The notes: a model not told the origin generated them from the letters alone. Shown: positions 36,926 through 48,203, counted from the first letter of the stretch. The stretch: 64,000 nucleotides of DNA from Candidatus Bathyarchaeia archaeon (GCA_049513715.1 JBEKVV010000006.1:46582-110581); one strand, 5' to 3'. Numbers and translations are program-made.

Positions 36926-37704
36926 TGCAAACTGCGTCCATGAAGCGACTGTCTGGAATCAAGATCATGGTCACGCGCCCCAAAGAACAGACACAGGAAC
37001 TCTCCGAACAGCTGCGAGCGCTAGGGGGCACTGTGATTGAGCTTCCCACAATCGAAATCCTGCCGCCAGCTGAGCTAGCTCCATTGGACGACGCTGCCCA
37101 GAATCTGAGGAACTATGACTGGGTAATATTCACGAGCGTGCATGGCGTCCGGTCATTCCTTTCGCGGTTGAAGTCGCTGAATATTCCAATTCGGAATCTC
37201 GGTTTAACGAAGGTAGCAGCAATTGGGCCTGTGACAGCTTCAGCTCTCAAGAGCGTTGCGATTGAGCCAAAGTACGTGCCTAGCGAATACCTGCCCGAAC
37301 GCATAGTTCAAGGTTTAGGCAACGTGCGCGGAAAACGAATACTCCTCCCGCGAGCTGACATAGCATCAAAGGTGCTTCCGACCTTACTTCGAGAGAATGG
37401 CGCCATAGTTGCTGAAGTCGCCGCGTATCGAACAGTTGTCCCACAAGAGCTGACCCTTGAAAGAGTCAAAGGGCTCTTCGCTGACGGCATTGACCTAGTG
37501 ACTTTCACGAGCCCCTCCACCGTAAGAAACCTAGTTCAAGTTGTTGGGAAAAATGAGTTGGTAGAGTTCTTGAGTAAAGTGAAACTGGCGTGCATTGGAC
37601 CTGTGACTGTTGAAGCGGTAAGAGAGTTGGGTTTGGATGTTGAAATCATTAGTAGAGAACACACGGTCAATGGTTTAGTTGAGGCGATAGCGAATGAAAT
37701 CTGA
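36922..37704 (+). CDS. hemD: Uroporphyrinogen-III synthase
   Basis: [35 protein letters not shown]. Confidence 0.92.
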   Translation: MMQTASMKRLSGIKIMVTRPKEQTQELSEQLRALGGTVIELPTIEILPPAELAPLDDAAQNLRNYDWVIFTSVHGVRSFLSRLKSLNIPIRNLGLTKVAAIGPVTASALKSVAIEPKYVPSEYLPERIVQGLGNVRGKRILLPRADIASKVLPTLLRENGAIVAEVAAYRTVVPQELTLERVKGLFADGIDLVTFTSPSTVRNLVQVVGKNELVEFLSKVKLACIGPVTVEAVRELGLDVEIISREHTVNGLVEAIANEI

Positions 37705-38704
37705 ACTCTATGAAACGAAACTCAAGTTTGCTTTAACCGAGAGACCGAGGCGGCTGAGAAAGCTTCCATTACTCAGAGCCCTCGTGCAAGAAACCAGACT
37801 CTCCGCTGCAGACTTTGTCTATCCAATCTTTGTCGACCAGCGTCTAGCGAAGCGCGAGGAAATATCCTCGATGCCTGAGATATACCGGCTCGCAATGAAG
37901 GACATCCCCGCCGAAATTGAGGAAGTCAAGTCTCTAGAGATCTCAGCGGTACTGGTCTTTGGGTTGCCGGACCAGAAAAATCCGATGGCCACCGAAGCCT
38001 ACGCTTGGGACGGAGTTGTGCAGCAAGCTATCAGGGCCATAAAAAAGGCGGCTCCCGAGCTGATCGTTGTCGCAGACCTCTGTCTTTGCGAATATACTGA
38101 CCATGGCCATTGTGGCGTAGTTCAAGGCGGAAAAATAGACAATGACCAAACGTTAGAGCTACTCTCGAAGACTGCGGTTTCTCAAGCTGAAGCCGGCGCG
38201 GACATTGTGGCACCTAGCGGAATGATGGACGGCCAAGTCAAAGCAATTCGTACAGGGCTAGACGAGGGGGGGTTCGCGGATACTACCATAATGTCTTACG
38301 CGGCAAAGTACGCATCCTCATTCTACGGACCGTTCCGCGAGGCAGCTGAATGTGCCCCCGTCTGGGGGGATAGGCGAAGCTACCAAATGGATCCGCCAAA
38401 CAGACGAGAGGCCCTGAAAGAAATCGCAATGGATATCGACCAGGGGGCAGACATAGTCATGGTTAAACCTGCTCTGAGCTACTTGGACGTGATCCACGCC
38501 GCGCGAGCCGAATTCCAAGTACCAATAGCCGCTTACAATGTGAGCGGCGAGTACGCCATGGTCAAAGCCGCGGCCCGCAATGGTTGGCTTAATGAAAGAT
38601 CCATCGCCCTAGAAATCCTAACGGGCATCAAGCGGGCAGGCGCAGACATCATCATCACATATTTCGCGAAGCAAGCATCGCGATGGTTGCAGGAAAACAA
38701 GTAA
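37694..38704 (+). CDS. hemB: Porphobilinogen synthase (Zn-type ALA dehydratase)
   Basis: [43 protein letters not shown]. Confidence 0.96.
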   Translation: MKSELYETKLKFALTERPRRLRKLPLLRALVQETRLSAADFVYPIFVDQRLAKREEISSMPEIYRLAMKDIPAEIEEVKSLEISAVLVFGLPDQKNPMATEAYAWDGVVQQAIRAIKKAAPELIVVADLCLCEYTDHGHCGVVQGGKIDNDQTLELLSKTAVSQAEAGADIVAPSGMMDGQVKAIRTGLDEGGFADTTIMSYAAKYASSFYGPFREAAECAPVWGDRRSYQMDPPNRREALKEIAMDIDQGADIVMVKPALSYLDVIHAARAEFQVPIAAYNVSGEYAMVKAAARNGWLNERSIALEILTGIKRAGADIIITYFAKQASRWLQENK

Positions 38705-39423
38705 TGAAAACACAGATTTCAACGGAAACAAAACCTGTCGAGACGACAGAAAGAGAGTTCCTCAAGTACACGTTCTTCAAAGTCGGCTCTCAATGGCGTG
38801 GACTGGACAGAAGTGAGAAGGAAGCTTCCAAGCAACAGTTCACCTCCATCGTCGAAAATTTCGCGGAAGAGAATCTTCTGAAGAGTTATTCACTCGTCGG
38901 CATTCGTGGCGATGCAGATATCATGCTGTGGAGAATCAGCAAAGAGCTCGAAGCGTTCCAGGACTTCACTTCGCAGCTCCTTGCATCACGGTTGGGTGAA
39001 TTTCTTGAAATTCCGTACTCGTACCTTGCAATGTCTAGACAATCCGAATACCTCGGGAGCCACCATCATGAAGGACAAGAAGCCCCCACCCATTTTCCGA
39101 GTGATTCGAAGTACCTCTTCGTCTACCCGTTCGTCAAGAAGCGCGAGTGGTATTTCCTACCACATGAAGAAAGAAGACTCATGATGGCCCAACACTTCAA
39201 AATCGGCCACAAATACCCCTCCGTGAAAATCCACACAGGATATTCATTCGGACTCGACGATCAAGAATTCGTGTTGGCCTTCGAAACCGACAAACCTGCA
39301 GATTTCTCTGAACTCGTGATGGAGCTTCGGAGCAGCGAAGCAGGCCGTTACACCGCCCTTGAAACTCCATTGTTCACATGCATAGCGATGGATATCAACG
39401 AAATTCTCAACCTACTCGGATAG
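38704..39423 (+). CDS. chdC: Coproheme decarboxylase / chlorite dismutase family
   Basis: YSLVGIRGDAD, YPFVKKREWY, MAQHFKIG, YSFGLDDQEFV; TAATG overlap with hemB; heme operon context. Confidence 0.85.
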   Translation: MKTQISTETKPVETTEREFLKYTFFKVGSQWRGLDRSEKEASKQQFTSIVENFAEENLLKSYSLVGIRGDADIMLWRISKELEAFQDFTSQLLASRLGEFLEIPYSYLAMSRQSEYLGSHHHEGQEAPTHFPSDSKYLFVYPFVKKREWYFLPHEERRLMMAQHFKIGHKYPSVKIHTGYSFGLDDQEFVLAFETDKPADFSELVMELRSSEAGRYTALETPLFTCIAMDINEILNLLG

Positions 39424-39513
39424 AATCCTACACCACTTCAATTTCATTGTGAAACCCTTGACGGTACAACAGTGCACGAAAAAACTACCAAGAAGAACAC
39501 AGCCGTGTAGGCC

Positions 39514-40545
39514 TTGAATGATCGCTTTCTGAAAGCTTGCAGGCGTCAAGTCGTTGACGAAACACCTGTCTGGTTCATGCGTCAAGCGGGTAGATACCTG
39601 CCGCAGTACAGGAAGATCAGGGAGAAACATGATGTAGTGTCCATTTGCAAAGACCCTGACTTGTGCTCCCAAGTCACCACACTTCCCGTTGACGTGCTCG
39701 GCGTGGATGCGGCCATAATGTTCGCGGACATAATGCTCCCCCTCGAAGGCTTGGGCGTGGAATTTGAAATCAAGGAAGGCGTGGGACCAATTATCCAAAA
39801 ACCGATCCGAGACCTGCAGACAGCTCAGTCCCTAAGTGATCTCGATCCGAAGAACGATGTTCCATTCGTACTCGAAGCAATCAAGGAAACCAAGAAGCGT
39901 TTGGGCGGCCGAGTTCCGCTGATCGGTTTTTGCGGCGCACCGTTCACATTAGCCAGCTACATGATTGAAGGCCGGCCATCTCGAGATTTCGTGAACACGA
40001 AGACCTTGATGTACCGAGATCCGAAAACATGGCAGCTCCTAATGGATGCACTGTCAACTGGAATGTCCCTCTACCTGCAAGCCCAGATTCGTGCAGGTGT
40101 TGACGCCGTACAGCTTTTTGACAGTTGGGTAGGCTGCCTGAGCCCGCAAGATTACCGGGAATACGTGCTCCCGTATTCACGACGGATTATGAAGGACCTT
40201 GAGGGAACAGGTGTGCCACGTATTCATTTTGGGACTGGGACATCAAACTTCCTTGTCGAGATGAAAGAGGCGGGAGGGGATGTATTCAGCATAGATTGGA
40301 GAATCCCGATCGATGTAGCTTGGCAGAGGTTGGGTACGGATGTCGCAATTCAAGGAAATCTGGACCCAACGGTTCTTATGGCTGACCAAACCCTGATCGA
40401 ATCTCAAGCCGCTGCAATCCTTAAGCGGGTCGGGGGGAGGCCCGGGCACATATTCAACTTAGGTCATGGTATGCTGCCAGAAGTCCCAACCGAGAAAGTT
40501 GTAGAGCTAGTGAAATTCGTTCACGAATCAACCAAACGAACATAA
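39514..40545 (+). CDS. hemE: Uroporphyrinogen decarboxylase
   Basis: PVWFMRQAGRYLPQY, GFCGAPFTLASY, QLFDSW, QGNLDP, FNLGHG. Confidence 0.95.
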   Translation: MNDRFLKACRRQVVDETPVWFMRQAGRYLPQYRKIREKHDVVSICKDPDLCSQVTTLPVDVLGVDAAIMFADIMLPLEGLGVEFEIKEGVGPIIQKPIRDLQTAQSLSDLDPKNDVPFVLEAIKETKKRLGGRVPLIGFCGAPFTLASYMIEGRPSRDFVNTKTLMYRDPKTWQLLMDALSTGMSLYLQAQIRAGVDAVQLFDSWVGCLSPQDYREYVLPYSRRIMKDLEGTGVPRIHFGTGTSNFLVEMKEAGGDVFSIDWRIPIDVAWQRLGTDVAIQGNLDPTVLMADQTLIESQAAAILKRVGGRPGHIFNLGHGMLPEVPTEKVVELVKFVHESTKRT

Positions 40546-40561
40546 CTAAAGACCATCCAAG

Positions 40562-41494
40562 GTGAACAGTCTGTCCAAGACAGCCGTACTTCTCATGGCT
40601 TACGGGACGCCACGCTCAACAGCCGAGATTGAGCCGTACCTCACCAACATACGCAGGGGTCGGAAACCAACCCCACAAGTGGTGGAGGAGCTCAAGGAAC
40701 GGTACCGCAAGATTGGGGGGAAATCACCCCTTCTCGAAATCACAAACAACCAGGCCTCAGCGTTGGAAGTCTCACTGAAAACAGGTGGGCTTGATGCTCG
40801 CGTCTACGTTGGCATGAAGCATTGGCACCCCTACGTCAAAGAAGTCGTTCCGAAAATTGCGGATGATGGCTTCCAACGAATAATCGCCTTGGCCCTAGCA
40901 CCACACTATTCCGAAATCAGCATCGGTGGTTATCGGGAGGCTCTCCAAGAAGCCCTGCGGCAATTCCCGAAAGTGGAGCTCGATTTTATTGAGAGTTGGT
41001 TTGACAACTCATTGTTTCGTAGAGCAGTCGCCGACAAGGTTAAGGAAGGTCTCAAGAAGTTCCCAGCTTCCTCTGAGGTTCAAATGGTGTTCACAGCGCA
41101 CAGTCTCCCGGAACGAATACTACAGAAAAACGACCCATACCCAGACCAACTGCGCTCATCCTGCGAAGGTGTAGCGAGGCTTCTAGATCTCGACGATTGG
41201 GCTTTCGCCTACCAGAGCGCAGGCCAAACAGACGAGAAATGGCTAGGGCCAGACATCCTAAAGTACCTCGGCCAGTTAGACTCCAACGCTAACGCGACAA
41301 GAAACATCTTAGTGATTCCGATCGGTTTCGTGGCGGACCACTTGGAAATCCTGTACGACATCGACATAGAGGCACAAGAATTCGCCAAAACTCACGGGTT
41401 GAACCTCAGCAGAACAGGTTCCCTAAACGCAACACCAACCTTCATCGCAGCACTCGCAGACATAGTCATGAAGCACGTGAACAGGACCAGCTAA
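40562..41494 (+). CDS. hemH: Ferrochelatase (coproporphyrin/CpfC-like)
   Basis: LMAYGTP, GMKHWHP, LAPHYS, FTAHSLP, WLGPD, GFVADHLEILYDID. Confidence 0.93.
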   Translation: MNSLSKTAVLLMAYGTPRSTAEIEPYLTNIRRGRKPTPQVVEELKERYRKIGGKSPLLEITNNQASALEVSLKTGGLDARVYVGMKHWHPYVKEVVPKIADDGFQRIIALALAPHYSEISIGGYREALQEALRQFPKVELDFIESWFDNSLFRRAVADKVKEGLKKFPASSEVQMVFTAHSLPERILQKNDPYPDQLRSSCEGVARLLDLDDWAFAYQSAGQTDEKWLGPDILKYLGQLDSNANATRNILVIPIGFVADHLEILYDIDIEAQEFAKTHGLNLSRTGSLNATPTFIAALADIVMKHVNRTS

Positions 41495-41702
41495 TCCGTC
41501 AACACTCTCAACGCCGAATTCAAGGAAACTATAACCATCAACGATGAAGGATTTCAATTTCGCCCTAGGCTGCATGAAAGAAGAAATGTGAGAGTTGGCT
41601 AACACTGTGGGGACGCGGTTCTGTTCTGCCGGCTGCATGCCATACAGCGTTGGTGTAAGTAATTACATTCGAGCGATGAGGACTCAACACAGCCCTCGGT
41701 GA

Positions 41703-42866
41703 TCAGACTACAACCTTTGTTACGATCTCTTCTTTATATCCCGTGATTACCCGCCTGTACCCCGACAGCATTTCGTTCAGATCGACATCGCCCGTGTCCA
41801 AGCGAAGTGTTTTTCCTCCTTGAATCGAAGAGAGCTTGTTTCGAGTCGCTATAATCCACACGTTTTCGACGCCGACTTTTCGTATGACTTTGGGGCTGAT
41901 TTGTTGGTTTCCCCTCCCAAAGATGAACCCCTGTCGCCCAATAGGCGAAACAACAATCTTCACTTTCCTCCCCTCAATCACCCTCAGTAACTGCTCCTCG
42001 TTCGCATCAGACAGAACAGTTTTTCCTCTGTTTACGACATCGATACCGAGGAGTGTTTTTGTCGCCGTGAGACGATCAGCAACTGCTTTTACAGTGGTTC
42101 CTGGGCCCAAGACGTAGTACCACTCGTCCTCCATCAGTTCCGCAACATAATCAGCAATGATCTGTTGACTCATTTTCTCGTCGAGTAGTGCGGAGCTCTC
42201 CCCTTTCGTCGATTGAATGAGCTCCTCCTCGTAAGGAACGCGCAGGTAACCGTATAGTTTCGCCGAAACGCGCCCCATTCGGAATGCTTCTTCATCAATA
42301 TCCATCACTTCAGCTTCTCGCAGTTTAGTCTCACCCCGTAGAAATTTCGCTGCCAGCTCTCCAGCTTTTTGTGAGGTGACGCCGAAAACCCCCGAGTGGA
42401 TCTTGACACCTGCCGGCACACCCAAAACGGGAACTGATTGCCCGACTGATTCGTATACATCCCTCGCGGTCCCGTCTCCCCCAACGAACATGATTAGTTC
42501 GACGTGCATGTTCATCATTTCTCTGGCCGCCGCTTTTGTGTCTGCCGCAGAAGTTGCACCCGATGATATTCCACTCACAACTTTGAAATCAAATCCGCAT
42601 TCTCTCACTTCATCCTCACCCATGCCGAGGGGGCAAGTTACGATCTCGAAATCGCCCCTCAGGGGTAAGAGACTTTGGAGAGCCTCAACAGCCCTCGCAG
42701 GTGAGACCTCAATTGCGCCAAGCTCTCTTGCTTTTTGAACTGTTGCCTTGCCGTCAGTCCCCTTAAGACCCACTTTCCCTCCCATTCCGGCAATCGGGTT
42801 CACGATGAGCCCCAGCTTTCTTGACTTTGAATCGGTGGTCTCACTCTTGAGATCTTCAATTCTCAC
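41703..42866 (-). CDS. ATP-NAD kinase-like / AcoX family protein
   Basis: IVNPIAGMGG..LKGTDG, GGDGTARD, PAGVKIHS, QGFIFGRGNQQ, LDTGD; GTG 42866 likelier than 43052. Confidence 0.85.
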   Translation of the reverse strand: MRIEDLKSETTDSKSRKLGLIVNPIAGMGGKVGLKGTDGKATVQKARELGAIEVSPARAVEALQSLLPLRGDFEIVTCPLGMGEDEVRECGFDFKVVSGISSGATSAADTKAAAREMMNMHVELIMFVGGDGTARDVYESVGQSVPVLGVPAGVKIHSGVFGVTSQKAGELAAKFLRGETKLREAEVMDIDEEAFRMGRVSAKLYGYLRVPYEEELIQSTKGESSALLDEKMSQQIIADYVAELMEDEWYYVLGPGTTVKAVADRLTATKTLLGIDVVNRGKTVLSDANEEQLLRVIEGRKVKIVVSPIGRQGFIFGRGNQQISPKVIRKVGVENVWIIATRNKLSSIQGGKTLRLDTGDVDLNEMLSGYRRVITGYKEEIVTKVVV

Positions 42867-43136
42867 CTGCTCAGTCTGTCGGCCGTTGTCTACAGGCTTG
42901 ATTCTAGCTAGACTTCCGCAGAAATTGCCCGACGCATCAGGGTTGCCGGTAATCATGCTACCTGCGAATACCTCGGTCTCATAATGCTGCGACTGGTGAA
43001 TAGTAGATGCGCTAGGAATTAGTGTGCTTACTCGACGAATGTATCTAGCCAACTACATTCACTCGCAATGAGTCAATATGTGGGATAAAATTCCTCTTTA
43101 TGAATGCCCCCTAGAACCTCTAACCAATCTGGGGCG

Positions 43137-43595
43137 TTAAGGCTCAGAGGCTTGTCCATCATGGTCGCCAAGTACCATGTATGTTACAAGGCCTTTCGCG
43201 ATTAGGAACCCAGCTTTGTCTCTAACGTTAGCTTCGCCGACCGCTGTACGTTTTCCTTTGTGTAAGATTCGGCCCTTTGCTCTGAGGAGCCCAGGTTTGG
43301 CTGGTGCGATGAAATTGACCTTCAACTCTATGGTCGTGATGAACTCGGGGCCAGCAAGCATCGTGCACAGTGCCAATCCGACGGCTGAGTCAATGAGGGT
43401 GGCGGCTACGCCTCCGTGAGCAGCGCCCTTACCTTGTGTGAGATTTCTTCTCACATTCACTTGGATCGTGGATTGGCCGTAACTGACTCTCTGTAGAGTT
43501 ATTCCCAGATACCTGTAAAAGGGCATGTCCTTCGCGGTTCGTCGAATCCAAGCGGCCTGATTAGTGGACAATCTCCTAGTCAACCAACGACACAT
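43137..43595 (-). CDS. PaaI-family (hotdog) thioesterase
   Basis: HGGVAATLID, TIELKVNFIAP. Confidence 0.85.
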   Translation of the reverse strand: MCRWLTRRLSTNQAAWIRRTAKDMPFYRYLGITLQRVSYGQSTIQVNVRRNLTQGKGAAHGGVAATLIDSAVGLALCTMLAGPEFITTIELKVNFIAPAKPGLLRAKGRILHKGKRTAVGEANVRDKAGFLIAKGLVTYMVLGDHDGQASEP

Positions 43596-43664
43596 CCAAC
43601 CGGAGTAGCGTCCGACTGGAAGTACGGAAAAATAAGGGTGCGTTTGTTGGGGCCAGATCGCAGG

Positions 43665-44396
43665 TCAGCGTGGGGGTTTTTCGGCTAACCAAGCGACGCT
43701 TTTTACAGTGACGCCACCTGAGCAACAGCTTTCAGGAAGAGCAGGGCTTTCGTCGAGAGGTTTGATTTTCTGGAACCCTACTTCCTGCAGCAATCTTTCA
43801 TATTCTTCCATGGTCACCGCGCCTGCAATGCATTCGGCCCACTCGTCAGGATCGATCGGTTGTGTGAACTTACTCGAAGCTACCATGTCAGATACTGCGA
43901 TCCTGCCGCCGGGTTTGAGCACGCGATAGATTTCTTTGAATGCAAGAGCTTTGTCGGGAACAAGGTTCAGGACACAGTTGCTGATCACAACATCTATCGA
44001 GTCGCTTTCAACTGGCAAGTGTTCGATCTCGCCCAAACGAAATTCCACGTTTTCGTAAGCGTACTTCTTGGCTAACTCTCTGGCTTTGAAGATCATCTCA
44101 GGGGTAGAATCAATCCCGATAACCTTCCCGGTTGGGCCAACCAACTTTGATGCGCGGAAGACATCAATTCCTCCACCGCTTCCAAGGTCAACTACAATTT
44201 CGCCTTGGCGTAGTGATGCGTGTAATACTGGGCTTCCGCAGCTCGCGGCCGACGCCACAGACTCCTTTGGAAGTCTTTCGCCAGCGGTGATCACTTGCTC
44301 ACCACAGCAAGCTTCGTTGCGGGCCACCCCAGCATACTTTCGCCTTACCGCCTCTTTGATCTGCACTTCGGTTAATTCTGCCAAGGGCGAATTCAC
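43665..44396 (-). CDS. arsM: Arsenite S-adenosylmethionine methyltransferase-like
   Basis: ACCG, SCGSP, VDLGSGGGID, ISNCVLNL, WAECIAGA, C-terminal SCC. Confidence 0.8.
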   Translation of the reverse strand: MNSPLAELTEVQIKEAVRRKYAGVARNEACCGEQVITAGERLPKESVASAASCGSPVLHASLRQGEIVVDLGSGGGIDVFRASKLVGPTGKVIGIDSTPEMIFKARELAKKYAYENVEFRLGEIEHLPVESDSIDVVISNCVLNLVPDKALAFKEIYRVLKPGGRIAVSDMVASSKFTQPIDPDEWAECIAGAVTMEEYERLLQEVGFQKIKPLDESPALPESCCSGGVTVKSVAWLAEKPPR

Positions 44397-44477
44397 CTAC
44401 TGCTTACAGGTAGTAGAAGATGATAAAAAGCCTGCCCAACTGGTTCTACGGAGAACAAGGAGAACTCCGGTCTTCTT

Positions 44478-45257
44478 CTAGCTCCTGTAGCAGCAACGGG
44501 GGCTCTCGAAATACTCGCGGCTCATGTGCACGATAACTGAGTCCTGAGTCAAGATGGCGTGGCATCGCTCAGTCTTCCACTCGGACGAGGAGATCACAGT
44601 TCTGCCATCGACGAGAGTGATCCAACAGTCCTGACAATTCGATGTCGTCTCTCGGGTTTCAGTGAAGCGCGCTCGGTCGACCTTTTTCAGGATTTTCTTT
44701 GGAGCAGCGAGCCTCACTTTCACCCCACGTTTGTGGAGGTTGGCCAAATGTGGTTCTAACCTGTCATAGATGGCCAGTTCAGGGATGAATGTGATGGCCT
44801 CGTGGGTAGCGCTCTTGAGGAGTTCAACTGTTCTGGTGAGTACGTTTTCGAGCCCTTTCACGACATACGCTAGTTCAACATCGTTCCGCTCCTTCCGCGT
44901 GTAGAGTGGTTCAAGAAGAATCGTAAGTTTGTTGAGTCTGTCAACTCGGCTCTCATAATCTTGAGTCATCATGGACTTCAACTTGCCAAGGGCCTCTTTT
45001 GGGGGCAAAGCTCTGTAATGCTTCGGAACACCCTCGCTGACCACAACTAGGCCTTTCTTCTGAAGCTCTTCTAAGGCGAAGTAGATCTTTGAATCTGGAA
45101 TGCTTGCCTCAGTGCACAACTGCGTCGCAGAAACATCTTGGTTCCGAGTAAGGGCTAGGTACGCCTGGGCTTCGTAAGTTGTAAGACCTGAATCACGCAA
45201 CTGATTCAGTACACTCTTCGTTGCTTCACTAGTAAGCCTACTCTGGACGGATGCCAT
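44478..45257 (-). CDS. TrmB-family transcriptional regulator with Cys-rich effector domain
   Basis: GLTTYEAQAY, IPDSKIY..L.KKGLV; CQDC, RCH, C-terminal CC. Confidence 0.85.
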   Translation of the reverse strand: MASVQSRLTSEATKSVLNQLRDSGLTTYEAQAYLALTRNQDVSATQLCTEASIPDSKIYFALEELQKKGLVVVSEGVPKHYRALPPKEALGKLKSMMTQDYESRVDRLNKLTILLEPLYTRKERNDVELAYVVKGLENVLTRTVELLKSATHEAITFIPELAIYDRLEPHLANLHKRGVKVRLAAPKKILKKVDRARFTETRETTSNCQDCWITLVDGRTVISSSEWKTERCHAILTQDSVIVHMSREYFESPRCCYRS

Positions 45258-45461
45258 GCTTCGCACACCAGGTGCAGAGACGCCGTTTGTACAAGATAAC
45301 GTTTCTCCTTACTAGTGGTAGTAGCCAGCTGATTCACATGTATCTTTCCTCTTTAATGGGGTAGCTTTGGCGATTGCACGCCCAGCATGTTCCGATTGCT
45401 ACTACAGACGTAGGAGGAAGATTTTAATACATGAAAATCCATTCGGCCCACTTGATGAGAA

Positions 45462-45902
45462 ATGACCTCGAAACTAATGGCATTCATGTTCCCCAAAGCC
45501 ACGAGTAAGGGTCAATACGCATACGTCGCTCTCAGGCTGGCTATTGCCGCGTTTTGGCTCAACTCTGATCTGCCACGTTGGGTTAGCTTAGCTGCTGGAA
45601 ACCCACAAGCGAACGGCATCGTTCGAAACCTCTTCGGAGCCAGCATGGTTGTACCTCTAACTTACCTTTTCACAACCCTAGAAACTCTCGGAGCAATTGC
45701 CCTAATCCTAGGGCTACTCACAAGACTGACCTCCGTCTGGGCAATTGTGGAATTCGCAATAACGGGCACTACTGGCGTCATGGGCGGCAGCGCAGGGCTG
45801 GCCAAGGACTTCGGCCTGTTGGCTGGCGCTTTGGTGTTGCTCGCGAATGGAAGCCCGCTGCTGAGTATTGACGGGCTAATCGCGAAGAAAACCAACAAAT
45901 AG
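45462..45902 (+). CDS. DoxX-family membrane protein
   Basis: LRLAIA, ETLGAIALILGLLTR, KDFGLL, GSPLLSID. Confidence 0.75.
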   Translation: MTSKLMAFMFPKATSKGQYAYVALRLAIAAFWLNSDLPRWVSLAAGNPQANGIVRNLFGASMVVPLTYLFTTLETLGAIALILGLLTRLTSVWAIVEFAITGTTGVMGGSAGLAKDFGLLAGALVLLANGSPLLSIDGLIAKKTNK

Positions 45903-46842
45903 CGCAGAACATGGGTACCCAAACGCTGACTAGACAGCCCTCAACACATTCCCTGGCCACCTACGGAAGGTCGTCTAGGCACTGGACATCATGTAGAATT
46001 ACGAGAGCTTACAGTATTCACCTATGCAATTCATAAGAAGCAACCGAAAAGGAGATTCTCTGGTCGCTTGCCGCGTCGCAATGATGGAAAGATCTTCAAT
46101 CTCTGATTTTTGTTCTCTTTAACAAACTCCGCCTAAAGTAACGAACGGAAGAATGTTGCCTGCCACGTTAGCTCACGTTCCGCATTCCATCCTTGAGTGA
46201 TGGAGGCACGATGAAAAAGCGCAGAGTGCTCCACTAAGTAGAAACACGTTTTTGTTTTCCGGAGGCGATATATTGAGGATTGAAAATGAAACGCAATCCA
46301 GGAGCAATGGCCATCCCGGCTCCCTCGATGATGGTTATCGGAACACCGCCTTTGAAAGCGCCAGCGTGGGCATGCTTGGGATCATTCGACTGGATGAATC
46401 ATCCTCAGCGCTTAAAGCGCATGCAATTCTGATTCCTTCGGAGAAGTGAGAACGCATGTCTGGCGTGTGGGGTAAGATTGATGCGGCGATGAACTGGATA
46501 GCTACTAACGCAAGGTCGTTCAGTTACTTGCTTCCAGACACATTGGAGCTGGCACTCTATCTAACCCTAGTAGCATACCTGTCAATCCAACTTGCACAAC
46601 AACAAATGTAAACGGCAGGTCGTAGAGTAAGATACCAAACATACTGATTTCAAAAAACTGCAGTCGACATGCTTGAGTTTCCGTTACCGCGCCTCCGAAA
46701 AAGACTGCGAAAATCACTGGATACTCAAGTAACAAATTGTATGCTCTTCACTCCAAATCAGCATACACTTCAAGTTCACTTAAATGCTGGACGTTAGGTG
46801 TTCCCCGTAACGCACAGCTTCACATTCATCAATGTGTGGCAA

Positions 46843-47154
46843 TCAATTGATCGGGTATTCATCGATGAATAGCGTTGTCATCTTGCTCGTAAAAGTCTCC
46901 GAATCTTTCTGCGTCAGTTGGCCTTCTGACGAGGCGAAAGCTTTCTTCATGCTGTCCGTGTCATCAAACCACAGCTCAACGAGCCCGTTGTATTCTGGTT
47001 CCCGATTCGGCCGACGCTTGACCACATTCACAACATACTTTCTAAGCCCGGGCATTTTCCTAGCGATGGGCGAGTGAATATTCAGCCAATATTCTGAGAA
47101 CTGTTCCTCTGTCATATTGTCCTTCTTGTTCAAGAGGATGATTAACTTGAACAT
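46843..47154 (-). CDS. EthD-family protein
   Basis: EQFSEYWLNIHSPIARKMPGLRKY, ELWFD. Confidence 0.85.
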   Translation of the reverse strand: MFKLIILLNKKDNMTEEQFSEYWLNIHSPIARKMPGLRKYVVNVVKRRPNREPEYNGLVELWFDDTDSMKKAFASSEGQLTQKDSETFTSKMTTLFIDEYPIN

Positions 47155-47193
47155 TCAACGTCACCCGCGGAGGCGATTTAGCCGTGGTTGCTG

Positions 47194-48093
47194 TTAACGG
47201 TTTTCATTCGACTTCTCGCTGAATGAGATTAGTAGAATGCTGCTGATTATCAACGCTAGGCCGACGAGTGAGTCATAGGAAAGTGTCTCTCCAAAGAACA
47301 GGAATGCCAACGAAACTGCTCCAATCGGTTCCGTGATAGCGAAGACGCTCGCCTTGGTCGCATCAACCAATTTCAACCCAGTCAGGTAGAACATGTAAGC
47401 CATTGTTGTAGGTATGATTCCAACCGCGGCCACAAGTTCCCACGCGAGCAGACTTTGAGGCAATCGAGTAGCCTCCAACGCAACCACTAGTGGGACGAAA
47501 AATACGGCCCCGAATAATAGTGCGAAGAATGACGTTACCGCGGCCTCGCGATTTCTTCCCAGGACCTTACCAAAAATATACCAAGTGGCATAGGCCAAGC
47601 CTGAACCTAAGGCGAGCCAATCACCAACCTGGGTTCTGGACGCGAACAGGTGCTCTCCTCGAAGCAAACCCATGATCAGAAATGCACCTGAAATGGAAAG
47701 CACGACTGCGACAATCTTCCGTCGGGTCAACTTCTCCTTCAGAACAAACCATGACAGTACTGCTACAAACCCCGGAGCGGTATACAGTAAAGCGGCGGCG
47801 TGTTGGACGCTTGTATAAGCAAATGAGGTGAAATAGAGAGACTCGAACACGGTGAGGCTGCAGAATCCAAAGGCCAGGAATAGCAAGAGCTCGCGGCGGT
47901 TCAGGGAGAATGAAGCGTGCCGTGTTGTTGCGAGAAGGCCTAGCATTGGTAGGGCAATTAAGATTCGTAGCCACGCAAGTGAAATCGGCCCTATGGTGGT
48001 ATTGGCGTAGGTCCATTTCGCAAGTATGCCTGTTGTTCCCCAGAGTAAACCTGCCACCATAACCAAGATCGCTCCTCTGGTTTGATTGTTCAA
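47194..48093 (-). CDS. DMT/EamA transporter
   Basis: About 10 TM segments, LWG, LLYTAP, LKEK, EP..FFGE. Confidence 0.88.
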   Translation of the reverse strand: MNNQTRGAILVMVAGLLWGTTGILAKWTYANTTIGPISLAWLRILIALPMLGLLATTRHASFSLNRRELLLFLAFGFCSLTVFESLYFTSFAYTSVQHAAALLYTAPGFVAVLSWFVLKEKLTRRKIVAVVLSISGAFLIMGLLRGEHLFASRTQVGDWLALGSGLAYATWYIFGKVLGRNREAAVTSFFALLFGAVFFVPLVVALEATRLPQSLLAWELVAAVGIIPTTMAYMFYLTGLKLVDATKASVFAITEPIGAVSLAFLFFGETLSYDSLVGLALIISSILLISFSEKSNENR

Positions 48094-48203
48094 TGCAACT
48101 TCCTCAATGGGGCCCGGGAACAGTTTGGAATTGTGACCTCTAAATAGCCATTCGGATGTCTAGGGTCGAGCGAACTTTAGACGCAAATGAGGGCTGTCCC
48201 TAA

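Noticed and set aside
45903..46840. Short ORFs (46252..46449, 46520..46735) in a 0.9-kb gap
   Set aside because: No motifs; may be decayed fragments but cannot be supported.
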